A stretch of 64,000 nt of DNA from an uncultured Bacteroidales bacterium. GTDB lineage: Bacteria > Bacteroidota > Bacteroidia > Bacteroidales > UBA7960. Every line of letters begins with the position of its first letter. The first letter of the stretch is position 1. A program made the translations under genes and the position numbers. Under the pieces are notes generated by a model. That model saw only the letters and a program-made list of their open reading frames with translations, was not told the origin of the DNA and made no database searches. The stretch lies in the NCBI GenBank assembly GCA_964477035.1, contig CAYZCW010000003.1, positions 189,231-253,230 of the forward strand, given 5' to 3'. Positions 10,789-19,223 of the stretch are shown here, piece by piece.

Positions 10789-10871
10789 TTGCCGCTTCCT
10801 GCCTGCCTGCACCAGGGGACACTTCGGAAACATTTTTTAACTTTTTACGTTAAATCAAATAACGTATATTT

Positions 10872-10897
10872 ACGGTACGATTGAACGATCGTACCGT
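10872..10897. promoter_or_regulatory. Perfect 10-bp inverted repeat (operator or 5' stem-loop)
   Basis: acggtacgat-tgaacg-atcgtaccgt, directly after a TATATTTA promoter-like element. Confidence 0.5.
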
Positions 10898-10937
10898 TAT
10901 CGACGCATTGTACCAACCCCAATACAAATTTGTCACG

Positions 10938-11363
10938 ATGATTAAAAAACTGTATTCCTTAGCCACCCTGGCCCTGTTTATTCTGACACTCTCACACCCA
11001 GCCGCCGGGCAGGAGCAAGCCCAGGGCAATCAAGAGGGTCCTGTCCTGACGTGGGACCAGGAACGGATTGACTACGGGACCGTGAATGTGGACGACTTGC
11101 CCGAAACCAAACATGACATCGGCTTTACCAACACAGGCACCCAGCCGCTGGTCCTGAGCAATGTGAGGGCATGCTGCGGCACCCGCGTCACGGCCTGGCC
11201 GCGCGATCCGGTCATGCCGGGCGAAAAGGGAACCATCAGCGTGGAGTTCCGACTGAGCCCCAGGCCCCAGAACATCAGCAGGACGGTGACCGTGACCTCC
11301 AATGATGCCGCGGCTCCGACCAAAATTTTCCGGATTGTCGGACGGGTTGTCGAGAAAGAGTAG
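10938..11363 (+). CDS. DUF1573 Ig-like exported protein, copy 2
   Basis: Signal peptide, FTNTGTQPLVL, ACCGT, PGEKG and TVTSND; clear paralog of 10387-10788. Confidence 0.8.
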   Translation: MIKKLYSLATLALFILTLSHPAAGQEQAQGNQEGPVLTWDQERIDYGTVNVDDLPETKHDIGFTNTGTQPLVLSNVRACCGTRVTAWPRDPVMPGEKGTISVEFRLSPRPQNISRTVTVTSNDAAAPTKIFRIVGRVVEKE

Positions 11364-11366
11364 CCA

Positions 11367-12509
11367 ATGACCCGGTTGCTGCTCTGGCTGTCCCGCATCC
11401 TCTTCGGGGCCGTATTCATTTTTTCCGGATTTGTCAAAGCCATCGACCCCCTGGGATCGGCCTACAAGTTCCAGGATTACTTCATGGCATTTGATGTGGA
11501 GTGGCTGTCCTTCACAGCCCTCCCCCTCTCCATCCTGCTCAGCGCCCTGGAGTTCACCATCGGGGTGGCCGTGCTGCTGGGCATCAGGATGCGCTATTCG
11601 GCCTGGGGAGCCCTGCTGTTCATGGCCTTTTTCACCCCCCTGACCCTCTACATTGCCATCACCGACCCGGTACCTGACTGCGGTTGCTTCGGGGATGCCC
11701 TGATCATCAGCAACTGGGACACCTTTTACAAGAACCTGGTGATCCTGGCCGCGGCATTGCTTATCTTCTTCCGGCGTCACAATGTCAAGCCCCTGTGGTC
11801 TGCATCGCGCGACTGGACCCTGGCGGGAATGACTGCGCTGGCGAGCGTCCTGCTGTCTGTCTACTGCCTGATGTACCTGCCGGTGATCGATTTCAGGCCC
11901 TGGAAGGTGGGCAACGACATGCGGGAGCAAAGCACACCCATCCCGGAAATGGCCGACATCTTCCTGATCTACGAAAACCAGCAGACGGGGGAGACCCGGG
12001 AATACCCGTCCCACGATTTTCCGTGGGATGACCCCGAGTGGACGGCCGTCTGGAAATACAAAGACCAACGCAGGGAAGTCATTCAGCCATACGTGGAAGC
12101 ACCCATCAGCAACTTTTACATACAGGACGAATTCGGACAGGACCTGACGGAAGTCTACCTGTTCAATCCGGAATACCAGCTGATCGTGGTGGCCTATGAC
12201 CTGGGTGGCACCAACCGCAACGCCTTCCGCAAGCGGATCACCCCCCTGGCCTGGGAGGCCCAGCGCAACGACCTGTCGCTGATCGTCCTGACAGGCTCCA
12301 CCTACGAACAAACCGAAGCCTTCCGGCACGAGTTGCAGACGCCCTACCCTTTTTACCAGAGCGATGAGATCAGCCTCAAGACCATCATCCGGTCCAACCC
12401 GGGGCTCCTCCTGATGAAGGACGGGGTGGTTGCCGGGAAGTGGTCCCATCGGAAGATCCCTGGCATGGGTGAGCTGCAAAGGCAGTTCAGCGATCTCGTT
12501 TCCGATTGA
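11367..12509 (+). CDS. BT_3928-family DoxX/MauE membrane protein with periplasmic thioredoxin-like domain
   Basis: SGFVKAIDPLG, DCGCFGDA and TIIRSNPGLLLMKDG motifs. Confidence 0.85.
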   Translation: MTRLLLWLSRILFGAVFIFSGFVKAIDPLGSAYKFQDYFMAFDVEWLSFTALPLSILLSALEFTIGVAVLLGIRMRYSAWGALLFMAFFTPLTLYIAITDPVPDCGCFGDALIISNWDTFYKNLVILAAALLIFFRRHNVKPLWSASRDWTLAGMTALASVLLSVYCLMYLPVIDFRPWKVGNDMREQSTPIPEMADIFLIYENQQTGETREYPSHDFPWDDPEWTAVWKYKDQRREVIQPYVEAPISNFYIQDEFGQDLTEVYLFNPEYQLIVVAYDLGGTNRNAFRKRITPLAWEAQRNDLSLIVLTGSTYEQTEAFRHELQTPYPFYQSDEISLKTIIRSNPGLLLMKDGVVAGKWSHRKIPGMGELQRQFSDLVSD

Positions 12510-12939
12510 AAAAACCGAGCAGCAGGCGGGAAGCCTCTTCGGCACGCACCCCACGAATCACTTCCGTCCGCGGGTGCAGCAGTCTGTCCGAGTAAAGGCT
12601 GTATCCCTTTTTATCGTCGGATGCCCCATACACCAGGCGCGGCAGCTGGGCCCACTGCAAGGCCCCGGCGCACATGGCACAAGGTTCCAGGGTGACATAC
12701 AGGGTGCAGTCTGCCAGGTATTTGCCCCCCAGGTGGTTGGCTGCCGCCGTGACGGCCTGCATTTCAGCATGGGCCGTGACATCCCGGAGCCGCTCCGTCA
12801 GGTTGTGACCACGGCCAATGATGCGGCCCTTGCATACCACCACGGCCCCCACGGGCACCTCCCCTGCCTCAAAGGCCTTCCGGGCCTCCTTCAGGGCTTC
12901 TTCCATATAGTCATCATCAGATCGGGGTGCAAGGCTCAT
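12487..12939 (-). CDS. tadA: tRNA adenosine deaminase / nucleoside deaminase
   Basis: EVPVGAVVV, HAE and EPCAMC zinc motifs. Confidence 0.85.
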   Translation of the reverse strand: MSLAPRSDDDYMEEALKEARKAFEAGEVPVGAVVVCKGRIIGRGHNLTERLRDVTAHAEMQAVTAAANHLGGKYLADCTLYVTLEPCAMCAGALQWAQLPRLVYGASDDKKGYSLYSDRLLHPRTEVIRGVRAEEASRLLLGFFNRKRDR

Positions 12940-12945
12940 GTTCCA

Positions 12946-13848
12946 TCATTTGGTGTTACGACCGGCCGTTTTTCGTGCGCGGACTGCCGGCCGGTCAGGC
13001 AGTGTCTCCAGGGCGGCAGCCACCTTCCTGAGCAGCCAAAGCGGGGTGCTGGCCGAACCGCTGACGCCCACCTTCTGCCCCTGCGAAAACCAGCCTGCCG
13101 ACAGGTTCCCCGGCCCAGTCACAAAATGGCTGTCGGGGTTGGCCTCCAGGCAGGATTTGAAGAGGGCACGGGCATTCGAGGACTGCCGCCCCCCGACAAA
13201 CACCACGACATCGTGCCCTGCCGCGAAGGCTTTCAGCCGCGGAACGCGGCCGGACACACAGGCACAAATCGTGTCGTGCACCTTCAGGCGGACGCCGGCC
13301 CCCTGCAGGAAGGCGGTCATTCTTTGCAGGTTTTCGACCGGCAGGGTGGTCTGACAGAACACACTCAGCCCATCCGGGAGGGTCTCCGGCAGGAGCCCGT
13401 CCGGATCTTCTGCCACCAGGGCGCAGCCACCGGCCCTGCCCAGCAGACCCTCGACCTCCGGATGTCCCGGCTTGCCACAGATCAGGACCGTTTCCCCGTT
13501 CTCCGCAGCACGCTGTACCCGCTGCTGCAGCTGACGCACCACGGGACAGGTCGCATCCAGGATCCTCAGGCCGTTTAGCCGGGCCGTTTCATAACTTTCG
13601 GGGGGTTCTCCATGGGCACGGAACAAAACCGTTTTGTTTCTCAGCCGGCGATAGCCTTCACGGTCGACCACCTTCAGGCCCCGGGCGGCCAGCCGCGCGA
13701 CCTCTTCCTCATTGTGGACCACATCCCCCAGGCAAAACAGCTCCTGCCCTGCGTCCAGGGCCTCTTCGGCCAGCCGGATGGCCTTTCCGACCCCGGGACA
13801 AAATCCGGAGCGGGGATCGATCCTTACATCCAGCCAGGGAGCGGTCAT
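12946..13848 (-). CDS. ispH: 4-hydroxy-3-methylbut-2-enyl diphosphate reductase (HMBPP reductase)
   Basis: GFCPGV, VHN, RAHG, DATCP, HPEV, QTT, DTIC and SSN motifs; the likely start is ATG at 13848 and the longer track ORF overlaps crtB. Confidence 0.88.
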   Translation of the reverse strand: MTAPWLDVRIDPRSGFCPGVGKAIRLAEEALDAGQELFCLGDVVHNEEEVARLAARGLKVVDREGYRRLRNKTVLFRAHGEPPESYETARLNGLRILDATCPVVRQLQQRVQRAAENGETVLICGKPGHPEVEGLLGRAGGCALVAEDPDGLLPETLPDGLSVFCQTTLPVENLQRMTAFLQGAGVRLKVHDTICACVSGRVPRLKAFAAGHDVVVFVGGRQSSNARALFKSCLEANPDSHFVTGPGNLSAGWFSQGQKVGVSGSASTPLWLLRKVAAALETLPDRPAVRARKTAGRNTK

Positions 13849-13936
13849 TCGGGTCGGGATTGGGTCCTGGCGCCGCCCGTGAAAAGCGGCCACGCCCGGA
13901 GGGCACAAAATTACATAATCGACGGGAAAGGCCGGT

Positions 13937-14770
13937 TCACAACCAGCCGAACTTGTTCCGGACGTAGGCCTTGACAAGCAGGATCAGCTTGGTGTTGGTC
14001 CCCACCCGGAAGCGTGTTTCCTTCAGGTTCTCCGGTGATTCGGCACGGATCTTCCGGAGCAGCTCCAGGTAATACCGGTAGGCAAGGTACACCCCCATCC
14101 GGACCTCCCTGTTCAGGGTCTGTATGCCCGTAAAGGCCCCCTGGAAGTCATCCCATATCTCCTGCTCAATCCGGTTCTTGCTCTGCAGGTCAAAGTGGTC
14201 AAAATCCACATCGGGGAAATAGACCCTGCCGCGGTCCATGCGGTCAGAGCGCATGTCCCTGAGGAAGTTCACCTTCTGAAAAGCCTCCCCCAGCTTGCGT
14301 GCGGCCGGCAGCAGGCGACGGTACTCCTCGTCCTGGCCGGCATAGAACACCCGGAGGCACATCAGGCCAACGACCTCGGCCGAGCCATAGATGTACTCCT
14401 TGTATTCCTCGAGCGAAAAGGATTTCTTTTCCAGGTCCATCGCCATGCTCTTAAAGAAGGCATGGATCAGCGCGTGGTCGATGCCATACGTGTTCACCAC
14501 CCACTGGTAACTGTGAAGGATGGGATTGGTGCTCATGCCGGAACCGATGGCCTGGAAGGTCTGTTCCCGGAATTCGGACAGCAGCTGCTCCTTGTCCTGC
14601 TGGTGAAAGGTATCCACGATTTCGTCCGCGAAACGGACAAATCCGTAGATCGCGTATATGGCCGGCCGCAGCCTGGGATCGAGCAGGCGCACCCCCATGG
14701 AAAAGGAAGTGCTGTAGTTTTTCGTGGTGATCTCGCTGCACTCAAGTGCATTACGCGTGTACAGGTCCAT
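13937..14770 (-). CDS. crtB: Phytoene synthase
   Basis: YSTSFS, YGFVRFADEIVD, YIYGSAEVVGLMC and FQKVNFLRD, of the Bacteroidetes CrtB type. Confidence 0.92.
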   Translation of the reverse strand: MDLYTRNALECSEITTKNYSTSFSMGVRLLDPRLRPAIYAIYGFVRFADEIVDTFHQQDKEQLLSEFREQTFQAIGSGMSTNPILHSYQWVVNTYGIDHALIHAFFKSMAMDLEKKSFSLEEYKEYIYGSAEVVGLMCLRVFYAGQDEEYRRLLPAARKLGEAFQKVNFLRDMRSDRMDRGRVYFPDVDFDHFDLQSKNRIEQEIWDDFQGAFTGIQTLNREVRMGVYLAYRYYLELLRKIRAESPENLKETRFRVGTNTKLILLVKAYVRNKFGWL

Positions 14771-16238
14771 ATTTGCCCGTGATTCGTTCCACAACCAATT
14801 TTGAACTGATGACCGCCATGGGGAGCCCTGTTCCCGGCACCGTGCTGGCCCCCACGTAAAAGACATTGCCAAACTGTTCGTCCTCATTTTTCGGACGGAA
14901 CCCCCCGATCTGGTTCAGGTCATGCCCCAGTCCGAGGCCGCTTCCCTTGTAAAGATTGAATGCATCCCGCCACTCTACCGGAGTCAGGACCGTGCGGGAG
15001 ATGATGTGCTTTTTGACATCCACCCCGATGCGTTCACTCAGGTCGTTGATGATGTTGTCCGCGATCTCGTCCCGGTCGGACCAATCCGGTTTGAACCGCA
15101 TATCCGGCACCGGGCACAACACGAACAGGCTCTCGCAGCCTTCCGGAGCCGCTTCCGGATCGGATTTCGACACCACATTCACATAATAATAGGGCTGGTC
15201 CAGTTTGATGGAGTTCTTGAATATCTTGCCCGAGTACTCCTCGAAGTTGTTGCCCAGAAAATAGTTGTGCAGCGGGATGCCCTCCAGCTTGGTGTCCAGT
15301 CCGAGGTACATGGTAAACGGTGCCAGGGTCCACTGCATTTTATCCAGTTTCTCCTCCCGGAATTTTTTGCGTCCGAACACCTGGTGCCGGAAATAGGCGG
15401 CATCGGCATTCACCACAAACAGGTCTGCCTCCCACCTTTTGCCGTTTTGGTCCACAAAAGCCTTCAGCTCCTTGCCCTGGTATTCATAGCCGGTCACTTC
15501 GGTGTTGTAATGGACAACGATCCCGGCCTTGTCGATCTCTTTATTCAGCCCCTCCACGATCCGGTACATGCCCCCTTCCACATTGTGGTAGCCGTCATGC
15601 ACCAGCTCGGTATACGACAAAATGGTATAAATGGCCGGGGTATCGAAGGGCGTTGCTCCCAGAAAAAAGGCCACCAGGGAAAAGATCTCCTTGACCTCGC
15701 GCGACTCAAAATGCCGCTCCATTTCCCGCCAGACCGAACGGAACAATTTGGGCGAGTACTTCACAGGCACCCGCAGCAGGGTGAGCAGGTACTGCCAGAC
15801 GGAGTCATAGTTCCTTTTGAGCACCAGGTATTCGGTATCGTGGAAAAAAGCCCCCGCCGAGGCCAGAAAACGGTCCATCTTTTCCCGGAAGTTGGGCTCC
15901 ACCCCTTCAAATTCAAGGGCAAGCTTATCCAGGTCGCGGTGGATCATGAACCTCCGGTCCGACCCCCTGAAGTGCACTGCATACAGGGTCTCCAGCTCCC
16001 GGAAGGCAAAAGGCATCTCCTCCAGACGGGCGTCCTCGAAGAACTCCCTGAACTCATAGGTCATGCTGAAAAAGGTGGGTCCCAGATCGAAGGTAAACCC
16101 GTCTTTTTTCAATTGGTTGAGCCGGCCGCCCGGCTGGTGGTATTTTTCCACCATCTCCACCCGGTATCCCCTCCTGCTCAGGCGCAGCGCCGTGGTCAAA
16201 GCCCCCAGCCCCGTTCCGACGATCAGTACTTTTTTCAT
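14751..16238 (-). CDS. crtI: Phytoene desaturase
   Basis: IVGTGLGA FAD motif, GGRL, FDLGPTFF and C-terminal VGASTVPGTGLPM; overlaps the crtB start. Confidence 0.9.
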   Translation of the reverse strand: MKKVLIVGTGLGALTTALRLSRRGYRVEMVEKYHQPGGRLNQLKKDGFTFDLGPTFFSMTYEFREFFEDARLEEMPFAFRELETLYAVHFRGSDRRFMIHRDLDKLALEFEGVEPNFREKMDRFLASAGAFFHDTEYLVLKRNYDSVWQYLLTLLRVPVKYSPKLFRSVWREMERHFESREVKEIFSLVAFFLGATPFDTPAIYTILSYTELVHDGYHNVEGGMYRIVEGLNKEIDKAGIVVHYNTEVTGYEYQGKELKAFVDQNGKRWEADLFVVNADAAYFRHQVFGRKKFREEKLDKMQWTLAPFTMYLGLDTKLEGIPLHNYFLGNNFEEYSGKIFKNSIKLDQPYYYVNVVSKSDPEAAPEGCESLFVLCPVPDMRFKPDWSDRDEIADNIINDLSERIGVDVKKHIISRTVLTPVEWRDAFNLYKGSGLGLGHDLNQIGGFRPKNEDEQFGNVFYVGASTVPGTGLPMAVISSKLVVERITGKYGPVHA

Positions 16239-16387
16239 GTATACATCCTTTTCACTGGCAAAAAGAATTTTGCTTCTTAAACAAACCGTGGGTGCCGGAA
16301 TCTGCCGCCATGCCCTTTGGGACTGTCTGCCATTGATTTTATTTGTGTTCCCTTTGAACTCCCGGAAAAAATTGCCGTTATTTGAGT

Positions 16388-17887
16388 ATGGAACAATCAA
16401 GTGCCGTTATTGGTTCAGGCATAGGAGGAATTGCTTCGGCCATCCGGTTGGCCGTCAAGGGATACAAGGTAAGTGTTTTTGAGCAAAGCCACGCTCCCGG
16501 AGGCAAACTTTCTCAACTCCGCCTGGGCGGTTTTCGCTTCGACACCGGCCCCTCCCTGTTCACCCTGCCCCAGCTGGTCGATGAACTCTTCCTGCTTTGC
16601 GGGGAGGAGCCGCGTGAACATTTCCGGTATGCCGCCCTGGACACCTCCTGCATTTACTTCTGGGAAGACGGCACGCGCATCCGGGCATGGAAGGACACAG
16701 AGGCCTTCTCGAAAGAGGTGGAGGAGCGGACAGGGGTACCGGAAGAGAAGCTGCGGGGCCATCTTGACAAAAGCCGTGAGCTCTACCGGATCACCGCCGA
16801 TGTGTTCCTGTTCAATTCTTTTCACAAGCCTTCCCGGCTTCTGAGGCCTCCTGCATGGAAGGCCCTGACGGGCCTGCACCGGCTGGATGCGCTGACCACC
16901 ATGCACCGGCGCAACCAGAAGCGGTTCGGACACCCCAAAGTGGTGCAGCTGTTCGACCGTTATGCCACCTATAACGGCAGCAACCCTTACCGCACCCCGG
17001 CCACCCTGAATGTGATCGCCCACCTGGAGCACAACATGGGAGCCTGGTTCCCCGAGAAGGGCATGTATTCCATCGTGGAGTCCCTGGTGGCGCTTGCCCG
17101 CCGGCAGGGAGTGGCATTCATTTTCAACAGTCCGGTCGAAGAAGTGGTTCTTCGCCATGGAAGGGTGGCCGGCCTTCGTGAAGGGGGCAGATTCCATCCC
17201 TTCGACAGGGTGGTGAGCGACATCGACATCGTGCGCCTTTACCGGGACCTGCTGCCCGGAACGGTCCTGCCCAAAAAGCAGACCCGGGGGGAGCGGTCCA
17301 CTTCGGCACTGATCTTTTACTGGGGGGTGGACCGGGATTTCCGGGAACTGGGCCTGCACAACATCTTGTTTTCGAACGACTATGAAAGAGAGTTCCGGCA
17401 CCTTTTCGAAACGAAAACCCTTCCGGACGACCCGACCGTGTATGTGTTCATCAGCTCCAGGCAGGTTCCCGGCGATGCCCCGGCCGGGTGTTCGAACTGG
17501 TATGTCATGATCAATGCTCCGGAGAACGTGGGGCAGGACTGGGACGGACTCATTGACAGGACCCGTACGGATATTCTGGAGAAGATCCGCCGCTGCCTGA
17601 ACATCGACCTCGGACCCCATATTGTGCAGGAGGCGGTGGCCGACCCCAGGACCATCGAACGGGACACCGGCTCCTACCGCGGATCCCTTTACGGTTTGAG
17701 CTCCAACGACCGCTTTGCGGCATTCAACCGGCATGCCAATTTCAGCAGAAAGTTTAAGAACCTGTACTTTGCAGGCGGCAGCGTGCATCCCGGAGGCGGC
17801 ATCCCGCTCTGCCTGGCCTCCGCAAAAATCATCGACCAGGAAATCCCACCCGCCAACCACCAAAAGCCATTAACCAATAACCAATAA
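16388..17887 (+). CDS. crtD: 1-hydroxycarotenoid 3,4-desaturase
   Basis: VIGSGIGG, FDTGPSLFTLP, FDRYATYNGSNP, GSLYGLSSN and GGSVHPGGGIPLCL, characteristic of Bacteroidetes CrtD. Confidence 0.85.
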   Translation: MEQSSAVIGSGIGGIASAIRLAVKGYKVSVFEQSHAPGGKLSQLRLGGFRFDTGPSLFTLPQLVDELFLLCGEEPREHFRYAALDTSCIYFWEDGTRIRAWKDTEAFSKEVEERTGVPEEKLRGHLDKSRELYRITADVFLFNSFHKPSRLLRPPAWKALTGLHRLDALTTMHRRNQKRFGHPKVVQLFDRYATYNGSNPYRTPATLNVIAHLEHNMGAWFPEKGMYSIVESLVALARRQGVAFIFNSPVEEVVLRHGRVAGLREGGRFHPFDRVVSDIDIVRLYRDLLPGTVLPKKQTRGERSTSALIFYWGVDRDFRELGLHNILFSNDYEREFRHLFETKTLPDDPTVYVFISSRQVPGDAPAGCSNWYVMINAPENVGQDWDGLIDRTRTDILEKIRRCLNIDLGPHIVQEAVADPRTIERDTGSYRGSLYGLSSNDRFAAFNRHANFSRKFKNLYFAGGSVHPGGGIPLCLASAKIIDQEIPPANHQKPLTNNQ

Positions 17888-17901
17888 CCAACAGCCAACA
17901 A
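17860..17901 (+). repeat. Six degenerate heptamer units (CCAAYAR)
   Basis: ccaaaag ccattaa ccaataa ccaataa ccaacag ccaacaa; the array contains the crtD TAA stop and ends 3 nt before the cruF ATG. Confidence 0.8.
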
Positions 17902-17904
17902 CCC

Positions 17905-18567
17905 ATGCCCCCCAAAAAACCCATCCTCCCTTCCCCCACCGCCGGAAAGCTGCTGATGCTGTATTACGGAGTGGGCGTGGCCGGATTGACCCACCCGGCG
18001 ACCCGGGACCTGTTCACCGGCCTCATGCCCTGGTCGATCCTGGGCAGCACCCTCCTGCTCCTTTTCTACCACCGGGACTGGACCTGGCGGCAGGTGCTCA
18101 TCCTTTTGGGCACCGCCGTGGCCGGATTCCTGGTCGAAGTGGCCGGGGTGCTCACCGGCCAGGTTTTCGGGGAATATGCCTACGGACCGGCCCTGGGCTG
18201 GCAGGTGCTGGAGACCCCATTGCTCATCGGCGTGAACTGGGCCATGCTGATCTACTGCACCCACACTTTGTTCGAAGGAAGCGGACTTTCCTGGCCCATC
18301 CGGCTGTTTGGCGGCGCCCTGCTGATGGTTGGCTACGATTTCTATATGGAGCCTGTTGCCATCGGGCTGAACATGTGGCAATGGGGAGGCGGGGGCATCC
18401 CCCTGCAGAATTACCTGGCCTGGTTTGTCATTTCCCTGGTCTTTCTCGCCGCCATGCAACTGGGCGGGATCCGCACCGGCAACCGCCTCGCACCCTGGCT
18501 GTTCTGGGTACAGGCTGCCTTTTTCCTTCTCTTAAACTTTGGCCTTCAGGCCGTTGTTCCGAATTAA
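17905..18567 (+). CDS. cruF: Carotenoid 1,2-hydratase (CruF/DUF422 family)
   Basis: Multi-TM protein with EVAGVLTG..FGEYAYG..LG, PLLIGVNW, D..MEPVA and PLQNYLAWF. Confidence 0.85.
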   Translation: MPPKKPILPSPTAGKLLMLYYGVGVAGLTHPATRDLFTGLMPWSILGSTLLLLFYHRDWTWRQVLILLGTAVAGFLVEVAGVLTGQVFGEYAYGPALGWQVLETPLLIGVNWAMLIYCTHTLFEGSGLSWPIRLFGGALLMVGYDFYMEPVAIGLNMWQWGGGGIPLQNYLAWFVISLVFLAAMQLGGIRTGNRLAPWLFWVQAAFFLLLNFGLQAVVPN

Positions 18568-18602
18568 GCGCAAGAATCCGCTGCAGAAAACCCCATCCTT
18601 CC

Positions 18603-19223
18603 ATGATCGAAGCCCGGCACCACCCCCTGTATGAACGCTTCTTCGGCGCCTATACCGGCCTGAAGATGCGGCGCCATTTCAGCTCGTGGGACATTGAAGG
18701 CCGCTTCACGGACGGGGGGAAGGCGGTGTTGCTCGTGGGCAACCATTTCAGCTGGTGGGATGGTTTTATCGGCCAGAAGCTGGCCGACAGGGTGTTTCAC
18801 CGCAAAATCCACGTCATGATGCTGGAGGAGCAATTGTCCGGCCGCCGCTTTCTGAGCCGGTTGGGGGCCTTCTCTATCCGCCCCGGAAGCCGCGACGCCC
18901 TGAATTCCCTCCGTTATGCCACGGAGCTGCTGCAAAACCCCGGGAACCTGCTTCTGCTGTTTCCCCAGGGGCGTTTCGAATCACACCACCAGTTTCCCCT
19001 CCATTTCGAGCGGGGATGGTTTCGCATTGCGCTGGGCGCCCCCCCGGAAACCCACCTGGTTTTCGCCGCCAACCTGACAGATTGGTTCGCCTCTCCCAGA
19101 CCCCGGCTGTTTACCTATCTTCAGCAGCACGAACTCGGGGACTTTGACGATGCCGGCCGGCTGGAGAATGCCTACAATGACTTTTTAGGAAACGCCATCG
19201 GGCAGCAAAACCAACGGATATGA
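18603..19223 (+). CDS. PlsC-like acyltransferase, probable carotenoid glycoside acyltransferase
   Basis: NHFSWWDGF (NHxSxxD) and LFPQG motifs; sits between cruF and the glycosyltransferase gene. Confidence 0.8.
   Translation: MIEARHHPLYERFFGAYTGLKMRRHFSSWDIEGRFTDGGKAVLLVGNHFSWWDGFIGQKLADRVFHRKIHVMMLEEQLSGRRFLSRLGAFSIRPGSRDALNSLRYATELLQNPGNLLLLFPQGRFESHHQFPLHFERGWFRIALGAPPETHLVFAANLTDWFASPRPRLFTYLQQHELGDFDDAGRLENAYNDFLGNAIGQQNQRI

Noticed and set aside
13849-13977. N-terminal extension of ispH in the ORF track
   Set aside because: It overlaps the crtB end and has no IspH similarity; homology begins at the ATG at 13848.
16239-16387. Possible CarH operator in the crt divergent promoter
   Set aside because: Only two TnnACA words were found, about 38 nt apart, not the 11-bp periodic direct repeats CarH requires.
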